From Raillietiella orientalis (lineage: Eukaryota): 64,000 bases of DNA. Where the stretch lies: positions 992,001-1,056,000 of the forward strand of contig JAYWIR010000028.1 in NCBI GenBank assembly GCA_036172245.1, read 5' to 3'. The notes below the pieces were generated by a model that did no database searches, had not been told where the DNA came from, and saw nothing but the letters and a program-made list of their open reading frames with translations. Below are positions 23,301 to 36,576 of the stretch, piece by piece (the stretch's first letter is position 1; each line of letters begins with the position of its first letter). The position numbers and the translations under genes are program-made.

Positions 23301-26300
23301 TGGAAGCCCTGCGTGAGCAAGCGCAGGGAAGAAGGGGAGGTGGGGGGGAGGCTGCTCGCAAGCTGCCCTGCCTCAGCGTGCCTCAGCGATCGTTCCGTGG
23401 CGTTTACCCCATGGAACGAGAATTCCCATTTCTTCTTCCCGGTTCCCTTCAGATTCTGATATCCCCATCCGGGGTTTCAGATGAATAGATGAATTTTTGC
23501 ATTTGGAGAAGGACCGACGTGTGCCGCCTTGAAACGAAAGGCGATTGCTAGCCTCATTGGGAGCAGAATTAGGGAGGAGTGGAAGGAAAGAAGGGATGAG
23601 GCCAATAAGCAGGTGGTTCTCTGAGTACTGGCCACCACCAACGCGAACACCGCGATGCTTTCCACGTTGCAGCCACTGTGTTCTCCGACCATCACGGAAG
23701 TGACATCTCGAGGTCATCCAAGAACGAAGCAAAAGGTTGGAATGCCTCCGTGCAGACCTCTTGTTCTCGTTGGTCTACTTCGGGATGGTGCCACACGCTG
23801 ACTGCGTGTTTATCGTGCACACTATGTGTTCACAGGGCGACTGGGGCGGCAATGTGCCGCCATCCAACAGCGCCGGCAGTGTCCTCATCCAGCTTGCCTG
23901 CCGTTCTGAGGAACGAAGGTTCGCGAAGGGAGAGTGGGAATTGCTTTCCGGTTACCATTGCAGGAAGCGGCGAGCATCTCTCGGATTCAAGTGTTGTCAA
24001 CGGAAATTCTCTTCGCTCTGAGGGACCCACGTTGATCTTTTCCCTGACCATAACGACAAAATGATGGGTTGGGCAGCTTAGCTCTCGCCATAATCGAGTT
24101 CATTCATCCGACAATTTCGAGGAGGCGAAAGGGTTGGATTCCTAAGTTGCGTGTATCTCCCGATAAAATTTAAGCATTCGACTCGGTGGGATGCGTTTTT
24201 GTTTTTTGTGTTTTTTTTTTTTCATTTTCAAATAGTAATGATGGACGTGGAGGGCCCTTGCGTCCTTCTGTGCGGGATCCTGAAGTCAGCCGCCACCAGG
24301 GACTAGGAGTTGGCAAGCAGAGAGTTCCGGGCTGGCATCCGCGCGTGTCTCTCGAATGGCCAGGCTCCATGAGACCTGCATGTCAGACCGAGGGGGGAGG
24401 AGAATATGGGCACGTAGGCGCGGAGCCAGAATCAGATAGATTCCCGATCAAGAGAAAAGGCTGTCACAGGGAATGGAGCAGTCGCTGCTCGGCTTGTGGG
24501 TGGGATTCCGATCGGGGGAAGATTCGTAGTCAGCATGAGAGGAATGTGTCCAGGTAATGAGCCATCTGTTGCTCGCTTACTGCGCCCCGCATTTATGCGT
24601 GGCCCATCGTGACGGAATGCCGCTCTTTCGTGGGCTGCTAGTCTTTGGCACGTCTTTTCCTTTGCTTGCACATGGCGCATGGTGCCTCGCAAAATACGCG
24701 TTTCTTCTCCTCCTCCTCGTGCTCGTTTGTGACCTCGTAAGGTCCATGCCTCCTTCAGGTGGATGCGCGCGGACAGTTTTTGCTCAGCTTGCCAAATCTT
24801 TCTCGGATCCATGTTCCACAAACCTGGTGACGAATAAACCCGGTAAGGGAAATCGATTGAACGTCCCTTAGCGCAAGCGGGAGGTGTTGCATAGAGGATG
24901 GCTTCAGCTTGGTAAGATGGAAGTGTTCGGCGAAATCTCTTGGGACCCTGGATTCATCATCAATTTCGTGAGACAAGAACAAACTCGCGATGCAAACTTG
25001 ATGAAAAGAAACGCCGGGGGCTATTTTGTTCCTTTCAGAGGAAAATGCTTTCCAACTAAGAGCTGCAGTTTCTGAAGCCAAACATCAGACACAGCACATA
25101 AGAGCTGATCATCCAGACACGAGAAGCAACCAGGACACCTCGTCGACATGAAACGGGAGCGGCCTTGGTGGCCTGTGTCCAGAGCTAATCGTGTTAGCCA
25201 GGACCAAGCGTTAACGTGGATCGGAGAATTCATTCTGTGGGTGCTCTCATTCTTCACTGCCTACCTCTCGCACCAAGGAACGTGTCTCCAGAACTTGTCT
25301 CACCCTTGGTTCATACCGTGGAGGCTCGCACGAGGTGTACGAACCAGGAAGCAGGCGAGCTGTTTCGTTTGCGTTGTGGCTGGAATTCCAGGTCACTCGT
25401 GTGCGTGCTGCACACGAATGACCGCCGCTCCTCATCATCTTCGGTTAGGAAACAGGGACTGAGAGTGTTCTGTCCTTCGCTCTTCACCGGGAAGCGCAGG
25501 AGTGCTTGCAGACATGCTGCACTTCCCTTCCTTTTCTCCTATTCCTCGACGCCTTTTTTCTGGGAAGGTCGGTCGATCTCTTTCGGAGGACGCGCTCCGA
25601 CTTACTTCGGCAGGGCTCATGCACTAGGAGGACGATGGCAAGGTAGGAAGAGGGGGAGAGAGAGACGTCTGCAAGAGCTCGGCCAACGGCAAAGAGATTT
25701 GAGTTGTTGTTTTTTTTTTTTTTTTTCCTTTCCTAAGGAGGATGAAAATTCCTCGTGCAGATTTATGGTGTTCTTCTGATCGCGCAGTGTCAGCTCTTCG
25801 CGCAAATCCTGGAAAGAAAGAAGGGGAAAAAGAAAAGGAAAAAAAAAAAAAAAAAATTTTTTTTTCGTTACCTCCCAAGGGATTGATTAAACGAGGATAA
25901 TCTTTCGGGATTAGACCCAGGCAGACGTAATCCGATGATGCAAAAAACAAATCTCTTGCTCCGTTCGTTTAGCACGCACTCAGCCCGTGCTTTTGCGACT
26001 ATGCACCCCTCTGCTCTGCGCACGGTGAGTCCCGCTGAGATTCGGTGCTCGACCCCATTGTGACGGGGGAGAAGTTTATCGCCCCGTCTACTGCTGCAGA
26101 GTGCTTAATAATCTGGCAGCTGTCTTCTCCGAACGTTCATCTACTCATCAATCATCATTAATGCGTGCAGCGATGAGATAGGGAGAAAAGCGTTCGATTA
26201 ATCCCCTCGTATTTCCAAATCTTAAGTGGGAAGAATTGGGAAGGGGAGGGGGAGGACGAAAAGGAAGTGAAGGAAAGAAGCCGGAGGACGAACGAAAGAA

Positions 26301-29300
26301 GCCCGAATGGTTTCTATTCGTCCTCCAGGTGACGCACGAGGTCCGTGCAAGTGGTCAATCTATAGGAAGCGGTGCCATCAGTTCCTTGGGGCGTTGCGAG
26401 CTGGGGGTTCCGCAGACGGTGCTGCTGCGGTGCGGCGGCACGTTCGAACTCCCTCTGCGCTCTCCTTCCCGGCATAGAAGCCCCTCGAGAGCGCACCTGC
26501 CCCCTTCCTGAGAGAGGCAGGTGGCAGCGAGTGAGCAGAAGCGCCAGCGTCGTGCACTTTACCGCCTCTTTTCGCGCCGCGGGTGCTCAGATCTGTCCCG
26601 GGGGGATGAGGTTGGGAGCCTCTTTCGACCGCTGGGCGAAGACAGCGGAAGGGGCCGCCGTAACTTTTCGGGGAAGGAAGCGAAATTCTCCGCCTCTCCC
26701 CGAAGAGTTACGGCGACCCCTCCCTATACTCCCCTCCTTCCGCGCGCGGCAGCTGCCTGCCATCTCCTTCAGATCTCCGCTCATCCCCAGCCAGCAGTCC
26801 AGAACGGCTCCTTCCTGAATTCCGACCTCCGGGCGTGCACGATGAGAAGAAACCTTGGCTACGTGCGAACACCTCGAGGGCGCACGAAATTCGGTCGGCC
26901 CGCGGAACGACCCTTTCTCTTTGCCCGCAACAGGCTCCGAGGGGTCCCTGCAGGCTAGTTCGGATTGCCCTCCTCGTGTTGTCCGAAGTGGTGGTTCGCA
27001 GAGATGCGAGCACCGTCGCCACCACGCCCTTGCTCCGCGGCAACGGGAGAACGGGGGGCGCTCCCGGAAGGTGGGGGCTCTTTCCAATCGCCTTCCGTTT
27101 CTGCGGGAGTTGTCTCGCCTCTCCGGCCACGGCCTCCGTTCGACAGGCTCTGGAGCAGCTCTTCTCCTCCCCTCCCCCTTCCTTCCTCTCTCTCTCTTCC
27201 TCCACTTCGGTTGGTGCCTTGAAGATCCAGCCCGCCTCCAAAACGTACCCGGGTGCATCGTCGTCAGGCGTTCCGCGAAACACCCGGTGCTGATGGTTTC
27301 GCCGCTGCTCCGCAACTCGTGCCAGCGCGGCTACCGCCCTTTATAAATCAGTGGGGCGATCGGCGTGACCGCAGTGTTGCCAAGTGATTGCAAGGGTCGA
27401 GTGTTTCTTTCGCCCTTCTATGGAGTGCGGCGAGTTTTTTCACCCTCCCATCCCTCAGGGAGCGCGACTTTCTTCCCTCTCCTTTTTTGGCCGATCGAGT
27501 ATCCCTGGTGCAGCCCAGGAAGGAAGGAGGGGAGGAAGGAAAGGCAGACTTGGTTCCGATTCGCGTTTTTCCAGTCCGTCGAATCGGAGACATTTCTCAA
27601 GACGGGAAGCAACGGGACTGATGAACTGGAATCTATCTGGCCGCGTTGCTGAGGAACCATCAAGCAAGCCTCTGAGTCCCTATGGCAACAGCCTGTTTCA
27701 TTTCTTCCGCTCTTCCATTCCTCCTTCTCCGTTGTTCCTTCTTCCCTCCTCCTCCTCTCCCTCCTACTTTTTTTTTTTCTTTTCCTGGAGAAGAGATTCG
27801 TACCCTGGGGGTAGGGTGACAAAACCTAAGCCGCTGCAGATCAACTGCTTGGGGTCTTCTCACGCGCTGCTTCTGCTTGTGCGAGGACACGCATGCGTTT
27901 TCTGAATCCAGAGCATTCGCAGGACACGCGCTGCAACCGTCGGCAAGAAAGCGTCTCTAAGCGCCCCCAAAGAATTTTCTTTTTCTTTTTATGGTAGTTC
28001 CTGTTGCGATGATTGTTGCTACGCGCCCACCCTACATTCTTCCTTGCAGCATTTCCGGTGCTTCTCTGCGCTCTCATTCGGAAGGAGAAGTGCATGCGAC
28101 CTGCCCGCGCGCCTCTATTTTTTGGGGAAAGGGTCAGGAGAACGCCCCTTTCCGAGGAACGAGGGTGACCTGAAGCACGCCTGAGGAGAGGATCAGGAGG
28201 CAACAGTCGCTAGGAGAGTGAAAGACGAGGGCAAAAAGCGGGAGAGCGCTCCAGTCTTCGTGATTCCGCCGTTCAATCTGCTTCCGTCGTTCTCCATGTT
28301 CTTCCGGGACACTCCTGGCGCGAGTCCACGCGCCTCCCCCTTACAGCCTCTCCCCTTTCGCTCCCACTAGTTGTCGTCATGCGATGCGAGAATTGGCGCC
28401 ACGGTGGTGGGGGTGGGGGGCAGGAAGCGCGCCCTCCTTTTCATCTTCTCCCTCTCTTCTTCTCCCCCTCCCCTTGCAAATCGGCGACGATTCCTCCTCC
28501 CCGTTACAGGCGGCTCCGAGCCGTGCGGAGGATCCCAACCGATCTGGAGAGGCTGGTCGTCATTCCCATGTGGTTTCGTGATGGATCCGAGCTGGCGGTC
28601 CCCGCCGTCTGCCCGTCGCTGCCGCTCGGTTGCCTTGGCTACCCGCTGCTGCTACTCCCCCCCTCCTGGAAGGAAAGCGGAAGTCTGTCCTTGCCTCTGC
28701 TCGCGTCGGTTCCCTGCTCTTCGACTCGCGCTCGCGCGCGTTCTTGTCACTATGACCGACCGACCGACCCGACGCCGCGCTGACCGCGGATGCCGGAGCG
28801 CCCACCCCACTTTCGGGCAATTAACACCGCATCCCAACCATCTTGACCGGTCGCAGTGCGTTTTTGCCGGCTGCTCAGTGCCCCTCCGAAAGTCACTTCA
28901 TTAGAGAAGTCATCGACAGCAACACCTCCTTTTCCTTGACCCCGCTTGCTTGCCCCTTTCCTGGTTCGCCCGAACCGGAAAAGGGATCCTTGCTTCCGGG
29001 AGCCGCGAGAGGAGGACCGCGGGGTCTCTCATGCGTCTCTCTCGGCTGTCGCGGACGGGTCGGCCCTTTGTTCCTTCCGCGGCTACCGATTGCCCTCCGA
29101 GCCTCCTACCTCTTTCCGGAAAGGAAGAGTTTTTTGCGTGTCATCCAAGCGGCTCCCGAGCTCCTTCTCCCAGGCGGTCTCCTGCCGTCATCCTTCGCTC
29201 CTTACGGACTGCCGGGTGCAAGTGGTCTGTGGAGGACCCACCCCCACAAGAAGGAGGAGGGGCTTCGCACGTCACCTCCTTTTTTCGATGGCCTCCCAGA

Positions 29301-32300
29301 GTGTTCAGGTGGTCATTCCTCTTTCCTGCTCTCCTTGCGGGCCTTTCCTGCTGTTTAAACCTTGCGGCAACTTCCGGAGGAGTACCTCCTGCTCGGTCAC
29401 AGTGTAGAGTATCGCCATGTAGGGTTCGCGCCGTCGGGGAGACATGACCATCGAGGGAGCAGTGCTCTCGTTGATGTCCGGACGCGACTAGCGGCGACAG
29501 CCTCCCACAGAGAGACTCCTTCGGCCTTCTCTCCGCCGTCCTCCACCGGCGCGATCTTTGGACCACTTGGATGTGAGTGCCGCCGCGGGAAGCCTCGCTG
29601 CCCGCCTACGGTCTCCCGCGGCTCGCTGTTTTCGTGGGTCCTCCGCTTTAGTAGGGAGGAGGCAGGCAAGGCGAGGGAACGAACGGGTGGGGCGCAAAAT
29701 CTCTTGCGCTCACATCTTCCTCCCGTCCCGTGGGTGCTGCGGGGGCGGAGGGGCGCTTGAGAGGTCAGCTTGAGAGGCGTTCCCGCAAGGAGCGTTGCGA
29801 ACGGGGCAGCCGGTCCACGTTTCGAATCTACATCCGCACACACACATGCCTTTTCTCCTGGTGACCTCCACCTCCCTTCCCCCCTCCCGCACGCGGGCGC
29901 TGGCGCTTTTCCTCAGCTAGCAACCGGATCTTTCGCATCGTGGAAACGGAGCGACTGCTCGAGAGAATGGGGCAGAGGAACCAACCCGCCTTCCCGTCCC
30001 ACCTCTCTGCCTACCTCGGCATCTCCGCGTTCCCTCCACTGACCCTGACCCTGCCAGAGGAAGCGCCCTGTGAAAAAAAATTGCAAGCGGTCGGAGCACC
30101 CGTAGCAGCACTAATGATGGGGGGAGAAAAAAACACGAAGAGAGCGCCGATTCCGCGCAGGAAGCCGGTGGCCGGTGGAAGAAGAAGGGTCGTGTCTGCC
30201 CCTTTGCGTGTTTTCTGGAGGACACCCTCTTTTTGAAGCTGGCGGCAAACTTCCACGAGTGTGCAGATGGGGAAGGAAAAGGGGGAGGGGGGAAGAGACG
30301 AGGTGTGGTCCCCAGGGAGGGACAGGCGAGAGAAAGAGAGAGGCGAAGGAGACTGGGATGCGAGGGAAACTGGGGAGATCAGAGCTCGCGTTCATCGGCT
30401 GGTGACGAACGGGGGAAACGCTGTGTCAGTCCAGGTCACCACCATAGGACCCGTCCCCCATCGTATCCCATCATGTGAAAAAAGTGGTGGTGGTGTTGGG
30501 CGCTCTTACCTTCGTTAGAGAGCAGCGTTCCTGCTCTGCCTTTTCGTGCGGAGGAAAGAACGCGCATCTTCTGCTGCCCGAGTTCCTGGCCAGGTCGAAA
30601 GGTGCTGCGGCCCTCCCCTGCAGTGAGAAACCTGTGCTCGGAGGGATACGGAAGGAATTCGAGAGAGAAGAGGAACACGCCGCTTCGAGTCACCACTGGA
30701 GGTCTCCACAAAACGGACTCCTCTTTTGAAAGTCCTCGGAGTTGCCTCCAGGTTGCCACGGAGACCGCGTTCTCGGGGGGGTTTGCACTGCTCATGAAAG
30801 AAGAGGGCGGTTGTTTCCGTTGCCGAGTGAAGCATCGGCAAGCCACGGTGCGGTGGGTCGTCCTGTCTACGTCTTGTCGAGGTCCCCTTCTTGATATTCG
30901 CGGTCCGCCGCAGCAGAGCAAGCAGCTGCCGTCCGGTGCGCGCGGAACGCCCACCGCGCGTTTCGGTTGGCCACTCGCCTCGACCGCGCGGGATCCTTGT
31001 TCGCGCCTCAACCGAGAGAGGAGCAAAAGTGCGGCTCCGTCATAACCCCGGCTCCTTCCCATCATCCTGTCCCCGGACCCGAGTTCGGGATCCTCGCTCC
31101 AGCGCTTAGATTCCCGAGTGCGCTCTCTGCCGGCGAGGAAGCACTCAGGTAACCCCCTACCTGAGTGCTTTGAGGGACCAGGAAGCTACACGGATTTGCG
31201 GCGGAAATCCTTCTTCCTGGAACTTCCTCCCCACTCCTTCGCTTCTCCCTGGAGGGCTCGCCGCGCGACCTACGCCCTCTGCGGCGGTCGTTTGGAGAGA
31301 AGAGGGAGATGGACCGCAAACCGAGACGGAGGAGGGAAAGGCCGACCTTTTTCTTGCCAGGGGCAAGGCAGCAGGGAAGCAACCGGACCGGGATCGGAAT
31401 ACGTACGTCGTCCCAGAGGAAGAGATGAGCTCACTGGCGCGCGGCAGGCCGGTGGGAAGGGCTGGACGACCTCCCGCGACCGGTTCCAGCGTCCGGTTAC
31501 AGACAGTTCCCTCCATGGAGTGTTTTTCTTGACAAGGAGAAAAGGGTCGGGATCAAAGCTTCCCCAGCTTTTCCCGGTATTCCTATCCCCTACGTGTCGG
31601 GATGCCTCCCGCGTTCCCGCGAGTCGCTCATGAAGCGTGCGGACGGCGTCCCGGAGAGACGGGAAGGGAATTTTTACGGCAAGCTTCCTCCACGCGCCGT
31701 TCCTGTGCCTCCCGTTTTCGAGAAGCGAAATTCGCCGCGTCGCTCGCCACCGCAGCTGCTTCGGCTGGAAGAGGCGGGGGTGGGAAGACTGGCGTAAAAG
31801 CGCGGGTCCAGCTTCCTCTCACATCGCCTCGAGCTCGAAGAGCAGCTGTCCACTCTTCGTAGCTTAACTGTGAACCTGGCTCTCGCCGGAGTGAGCTTCA
31901 GGGACTGTCGCAATCTCTGGAAGCCTCCCGTGCCCGGGAAACCGTATCTTTCGGAAGGTTCGATGGTTCCTCCGAAGAAGAGGACTCCAACTGGTCATCC
32001 TTCACCTTTCATCATCACCCCGATGTCTGCTGAGCGCTGGAATTCGAGAACTGGACCTCTCTCGAGCCTGTCCTTTCGTGAAGTCAAGCCAAGTTGACGC
32101 CAACGTGAACAGGAACACCCTCAAACCAGAGGGAGTGCTGTTGCCTCTTCCGAGCTTCCTCAAAGTCTCTGGTGCGAAAGTTTCATTCCGAACAAGTTGC
32201 TACTAATAGCATCGGTTGCTACGAATCCTCTCTGCCTTCTCGACCGTCGGGAGTTCTTTGCAAGTGGAGTTCCTTATCTGCAGGAGTTTCATGTGGATGC

Positions 32301-33686
32301 GTAGAAGATGCTGCAGAGGTCAAAAGGACTGCTGAGATGCTGCCGATCCCGTGCCCTGGGTGTCGTTCAGCGGATGCACGTGAGGCGCAGATTGGACCCA
32401 CCAAACCCCGGTGTCCGTGCAAACCTCTCGGCGTTTCGAGTCGAGAAATCTTGACCGCTTTCCCCACAGATCGATTAGCTTGCGTGTGTCTTGCCCGGGC
32501 ATCAGATCGTCGCAATCTTGTGCCCTGGCGTCCACGTCAGGAGCAGACAGAATGCTTCCTGACTTTTGTTTCAGCTCGGCATTAAGCGTGGTCACACGAG
32601 CGTCCCGCGTCCTCGTGATTCTCAAGAATGTTATGAAGAAAGAGCTGTTGCACAGAATACTCTTCTTGAGAGAACGTTAAGTCTCAGGGTAATGATGTGC
32701 CTTTGCACGGAACACCTTAAGAGCTATGCTTATGCATGTTACAACCACCCGGACATCATCCAGGCAGGCAGTCCCTGCTTGACGAGCGTTCACCCAGGGC
32801 CAAAACACGTTTGTGTTGATTGCTCTAGAAGACAGCTTGTGCCCTCTATGGAACCGATCACTTACACTTGTACGTAGCACAGCAAATTTCACATGAAGAT
32901 GTGCTGCAAACCGGCAACTGGGTTTAGGGCTGTCGCTAGGATACCCCATTCTCGGTGTGCTACCTCCTTCCAGTGCACGTATTGAACTCAGCGGGATTAC
33001 GAACTGTATGTTTGCTATGAAATTATCAGCATCGCTAAACTGTGCCGCTTGCTTTGGTCAACCATGACTAAGAAATGTGCCTTTAGGTCGTCTCGCGTGC
33101 AAAAAAGATTCTGCATCTCAAGCTGCCCTGTGTGATACACGGATCTGCTGCTACACTGCCTAGAATATTCTTCCTCTTGGAAGGGGAACATCCTGAGCAG
33201 CTCCTCTCTACGTTTCTCTTCAGGAAGAATCGCACTACATCCTCCACGTGGAGCTCCAGGGCTCCTCGCCTTCGCTTCGACGTGTGCCCCACGTCATTGG
33301 GCGAATTAGTTTAGCTGCTGCGGAAGCTGCTGATTTTTTCGATTCTCGAGTCTGTTCCTCTTAACTTTATGGGACCGAAGTTCCCCCCACTCCTCCTTCT
33401 TTCTCGGCGTCCGTGCAACCTCTACTCTTTTTTCGCCCCCCACTCGCTTTGTCAACTTTACTGATTCCATCGGTGGTCATTGCGTCCGTAGTAGTCGATG
33501 TCTCGGAACGGATGCCGGCCTCATTGCCAGACAGATCGATCGCATGGCAAAATGATTGATTTTCATCTTCATTCCCATCTTCACAGCAATATTCTTCTCT
33601 CCGTGAGACCACTTGCCTGTGGAAAGTTGCCACGCTGCTACTGGATTTAATGGTGTTTGGTGCTCCCTATTCGGGACGAAAAGTAA

Positions 33687-33900
33687 TGACGTCAAACCGC
33701 GCACCTCAAGATGGCGCCGCACACGGCTGTGCAACGAGTGGTCGGAGCGTCGTCCATTTTGGTCTGTCCTTCTGTTCCGTACACACAGCGCTCTTGTGTA
33801 CGGCGTCTTCACTTACGCGCTGCATAGGACGCGGAAAAAGGGCAGGCCCACCTGGTGACTCTCATGCTCGCTCGCAGCATTTGCACTTCCGTTCGGTACA
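33687..33900. promoter_or_regulatory. Promoter-like motif cluster inside the long intron
   Basis: TGACGTCA (CRE), CAAGATGGCGCCGC and CCATTTTG (YY1/Pho-like) and CACTTCCG (ETS-like) within about 200 bp, plus a - strand GTAAGT donor at 33811-33816. Motif evidence only. Confidence 0.3.
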
Positions 33901-36552
33901 CGGACGCGGCCCGTGTCGTGGCGAAGAGAGGGAAAGTGCCCACGGCATCACTGTCGTGCGTGCACTTGTGTGTACACTTTCGTCATTAGCAATCGGGTGC
34001 GAGTGCGTTGTGTGCGGGAGTGTAGTTTGTTGGTGCCGCCGATTCGATCAGCGACTTTCGACGTCGGTGGGAAACGACTTGCAGAAACGTTTGGGAAGGT
34101 CTCGGAAGCTGCTGCTGGGAAACAAAAGGTTTCCGCCTTGCGTTGGGGTTCCCATCTTCGCGCTGCCATCTTTTCCCTCTTCGGAAACTTCGCTCCTCCG
34201 CTCCCACGGCCAGCGTCGCTTGCTTGCTGGTCATTGCCGGAAAATTTGTTGATCGCGTCGCGCGTGGGTTATGCCCAAAATATTATATATGCGCTTTCGA
34301 ACGTTTGCTGTGCCGTGTGCACGTTCGCGTGCACACCCTGCGCATTTTTGAAATGCACGCACGCGCGTGTGTATTTGCACGCGAGCATACAGATCTTTCT
34401 CCTACCTGCGTATGCATAATGCATTTCGTTGGTCCGCTTTTGCGGAGCGTTCCTTTGTAAAATTTGTACATGGCGCTGTGTACGCGCTGGATGCGTGCGA
34501 TTTCCCTTCATGGGTGGATACTTCACACCTTTCACTGAGAAGGGGATGGAGAGCTCAATTTTCCCTTTTCTTCTCCTCCACCATCAATATTGTCCCGACG
34601 TGTACGTACATCGAATGTTGAAAATTATGATGGCACTAACGTACGAAGCTCTCTTGTCGGTTTTCGTTCCCCTATTCAGCCGAGGTGTCTGAGTTCACGT
34701 TTTATTTTCTCCATCGGACAGGGAGCGAACGCACATTAAAACATTTCCGTCCTCCCCGAGCAGTTTTTTTTGTCCGACATTGCGGTTTTTATTTCCTCCG
34801 AGCGAATGGGAGCCCTTTAATTAAAACATTGCTGTTCCGGGATCGCTTCTCCCGAAAGCGTACATCGCCTCGTGCTGTGTCCTCACCGTCGCGAGCGAAG
34901 TCTGCCGGCCATAAAAAAAAGTTTGGCACGTCGGGAGCGAGCTGCTCGCAGGAGTCGTTGAAAGAACGTCCCGGGCGCGAAGAAGAAGAGGCGAGCGACT
35001 CCCTCCTGTTCCAGGACCGATCCAGACGATTCTCCACCGTCCTCGGCAGAGCAGGAGCTCCTTGCTGCTGCTGTTCCTTCTGGTGCGTGGCGGAGGAGCG
35101 CCGACGTTTTTCCCGCGGCCACCGGCCGAGCGCGCGCGCCTTGGCGGTCTTCGGAAAAGAGACGCCGCTTTCCTTCCCCGTTATTCCTGCCTCGCAGAAG
35201 CGTGGCTCTGCGTGCATTCCCTTTTCTTCAGCAAACCGCTGGAAGATGGGCAGCGAGGAGAATTGCTCTCATCCATAGTAGCAATTTTTTTTTTTTTTTC
35301 CTAAAAAAATTCACTCTTTGTGGGTTTCTTCCATATTAATAAGTGTCGATTCGGTAAATGAAAACTTAAAGGAGCTTGGTGCTCAGGCGATGAAACCCGA
35401 ATGCCTTTCATCTTCGATGGAAAAATCATCCAAGGTGTACCGAAATTGTTGGACCACTCATGCTAAAGGTGATCTGTATCTCGGGAAGAAAGGACCGGAG
35501 AATCCGACGTTCCAGCCCGGGCTTCTCAGGAGCTGCGGACGCAACATCCTCCGGGTGTCCTATCCAACGCGTGCCCCGATGCAGAGCTGCCTTGGAACAG
35601 GAATTCCTCATCCCTGTTCACTGAGTTCACCATTTCGACAGCTCTAGAATCCCACCATGCAGAGTGTACGTGTCGTCCCATTCGTATGTTCACACGCTCG
35701 CATGTATCGCCCAAGTAAATCCGACTGTACGTTAAGCCTTTGCTGAAAGGATATCCGAACGACTGCATCTCCCATCATTGGGGTGTTGCTCAGGCAGGGG
35801 AAGAACTCCTGGCAGACTTCTTCCATCAAAACGTACGGAAGATGCGACGGAAAGCAGTGCACTTGGCGACACTGTTTTCTGTGCTCCCGCTCTCCCAGCG
35901 CGTGGCTCCAGCAGGAGCTCAGCAAAGCCGGTAAGGTGGCCGAGAACCCCATGCGATCCAGGAGCTTCGGAAGCTCCTGGTCCACGCAGATCGACTGCGA
36001 CCTCTAGGGCTTCCTCTCCCGCCCGGTTGTCCCTGCCCTGTCCAGCGGACGCCACCAGTTGAGGTTACCGACGATGTCCTTTCTTCCCTTCTCTTCGCTT
36101 TGCACATTTTGGTCTCTCTAGAAGATGCGGTTAAAAAAAATTCTTGCCAGAGCAAATCTTCCGAGAGCCTTGAAGTCCGTGAGGTCACAAGGAAATTCCG
36201 TGCGTTAGATCGCGCGTTAAACGCATTCATGGTGTATTTTGCATCCATCAGCAGTCGGATGCTCATGCGTTCAAAGCGGCTGCTTAAACCGAGGTCTTGC
36301 GTGAGAGAAGGAGCAGCAAGAAGAACAGCAGCCAGCTCCTCTCGTGTCCGCTTGGCCGCGTGGACAAAGAGCCGAGGCTTTGTGAAGCTCAGTGAGTCAT
36401 CAGTCGCAGAAAGCGACGATGATGTGTGCAGCGTTCGTGTTGTGTGCACCCGCGCGTCATGCGAGCGGCGCGCCTGCGGTGCGCGCGCCGGATGCTGCGC
36501 CGCTGCTTCCCGGCGGTGCTGGAGGCGTGGGCGGAAACGCAAGCATCGCTGC

Positions 36553-36576
36553 CTGCTGCTGCTGCTGCTGCTGCTG
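36553..36576. repeat. (CTG)8 trinucleotide repeat in a CpG-dense segment
   Basis: ctgctgctgctgctgctgctgctg directly visible. Confidence 0.93.

Noticed and set aside
33083..33292. - strand ORF with RRRGALELHVEDVVRFFLKRN resembling a histone-fold (Spt3/TAF13-like) helix
   Set aside because: Spacing is wrong, the rest of the fold is absent and no flanking splice sites support an exon.
33477..33620. GKWSHGEKNIAVK as protein kinase subdomain I-II
   Set aside because: No glycine-rich loop, alphaC glutamate, HRD or DFG exons were found, and the frame stops shortly after.
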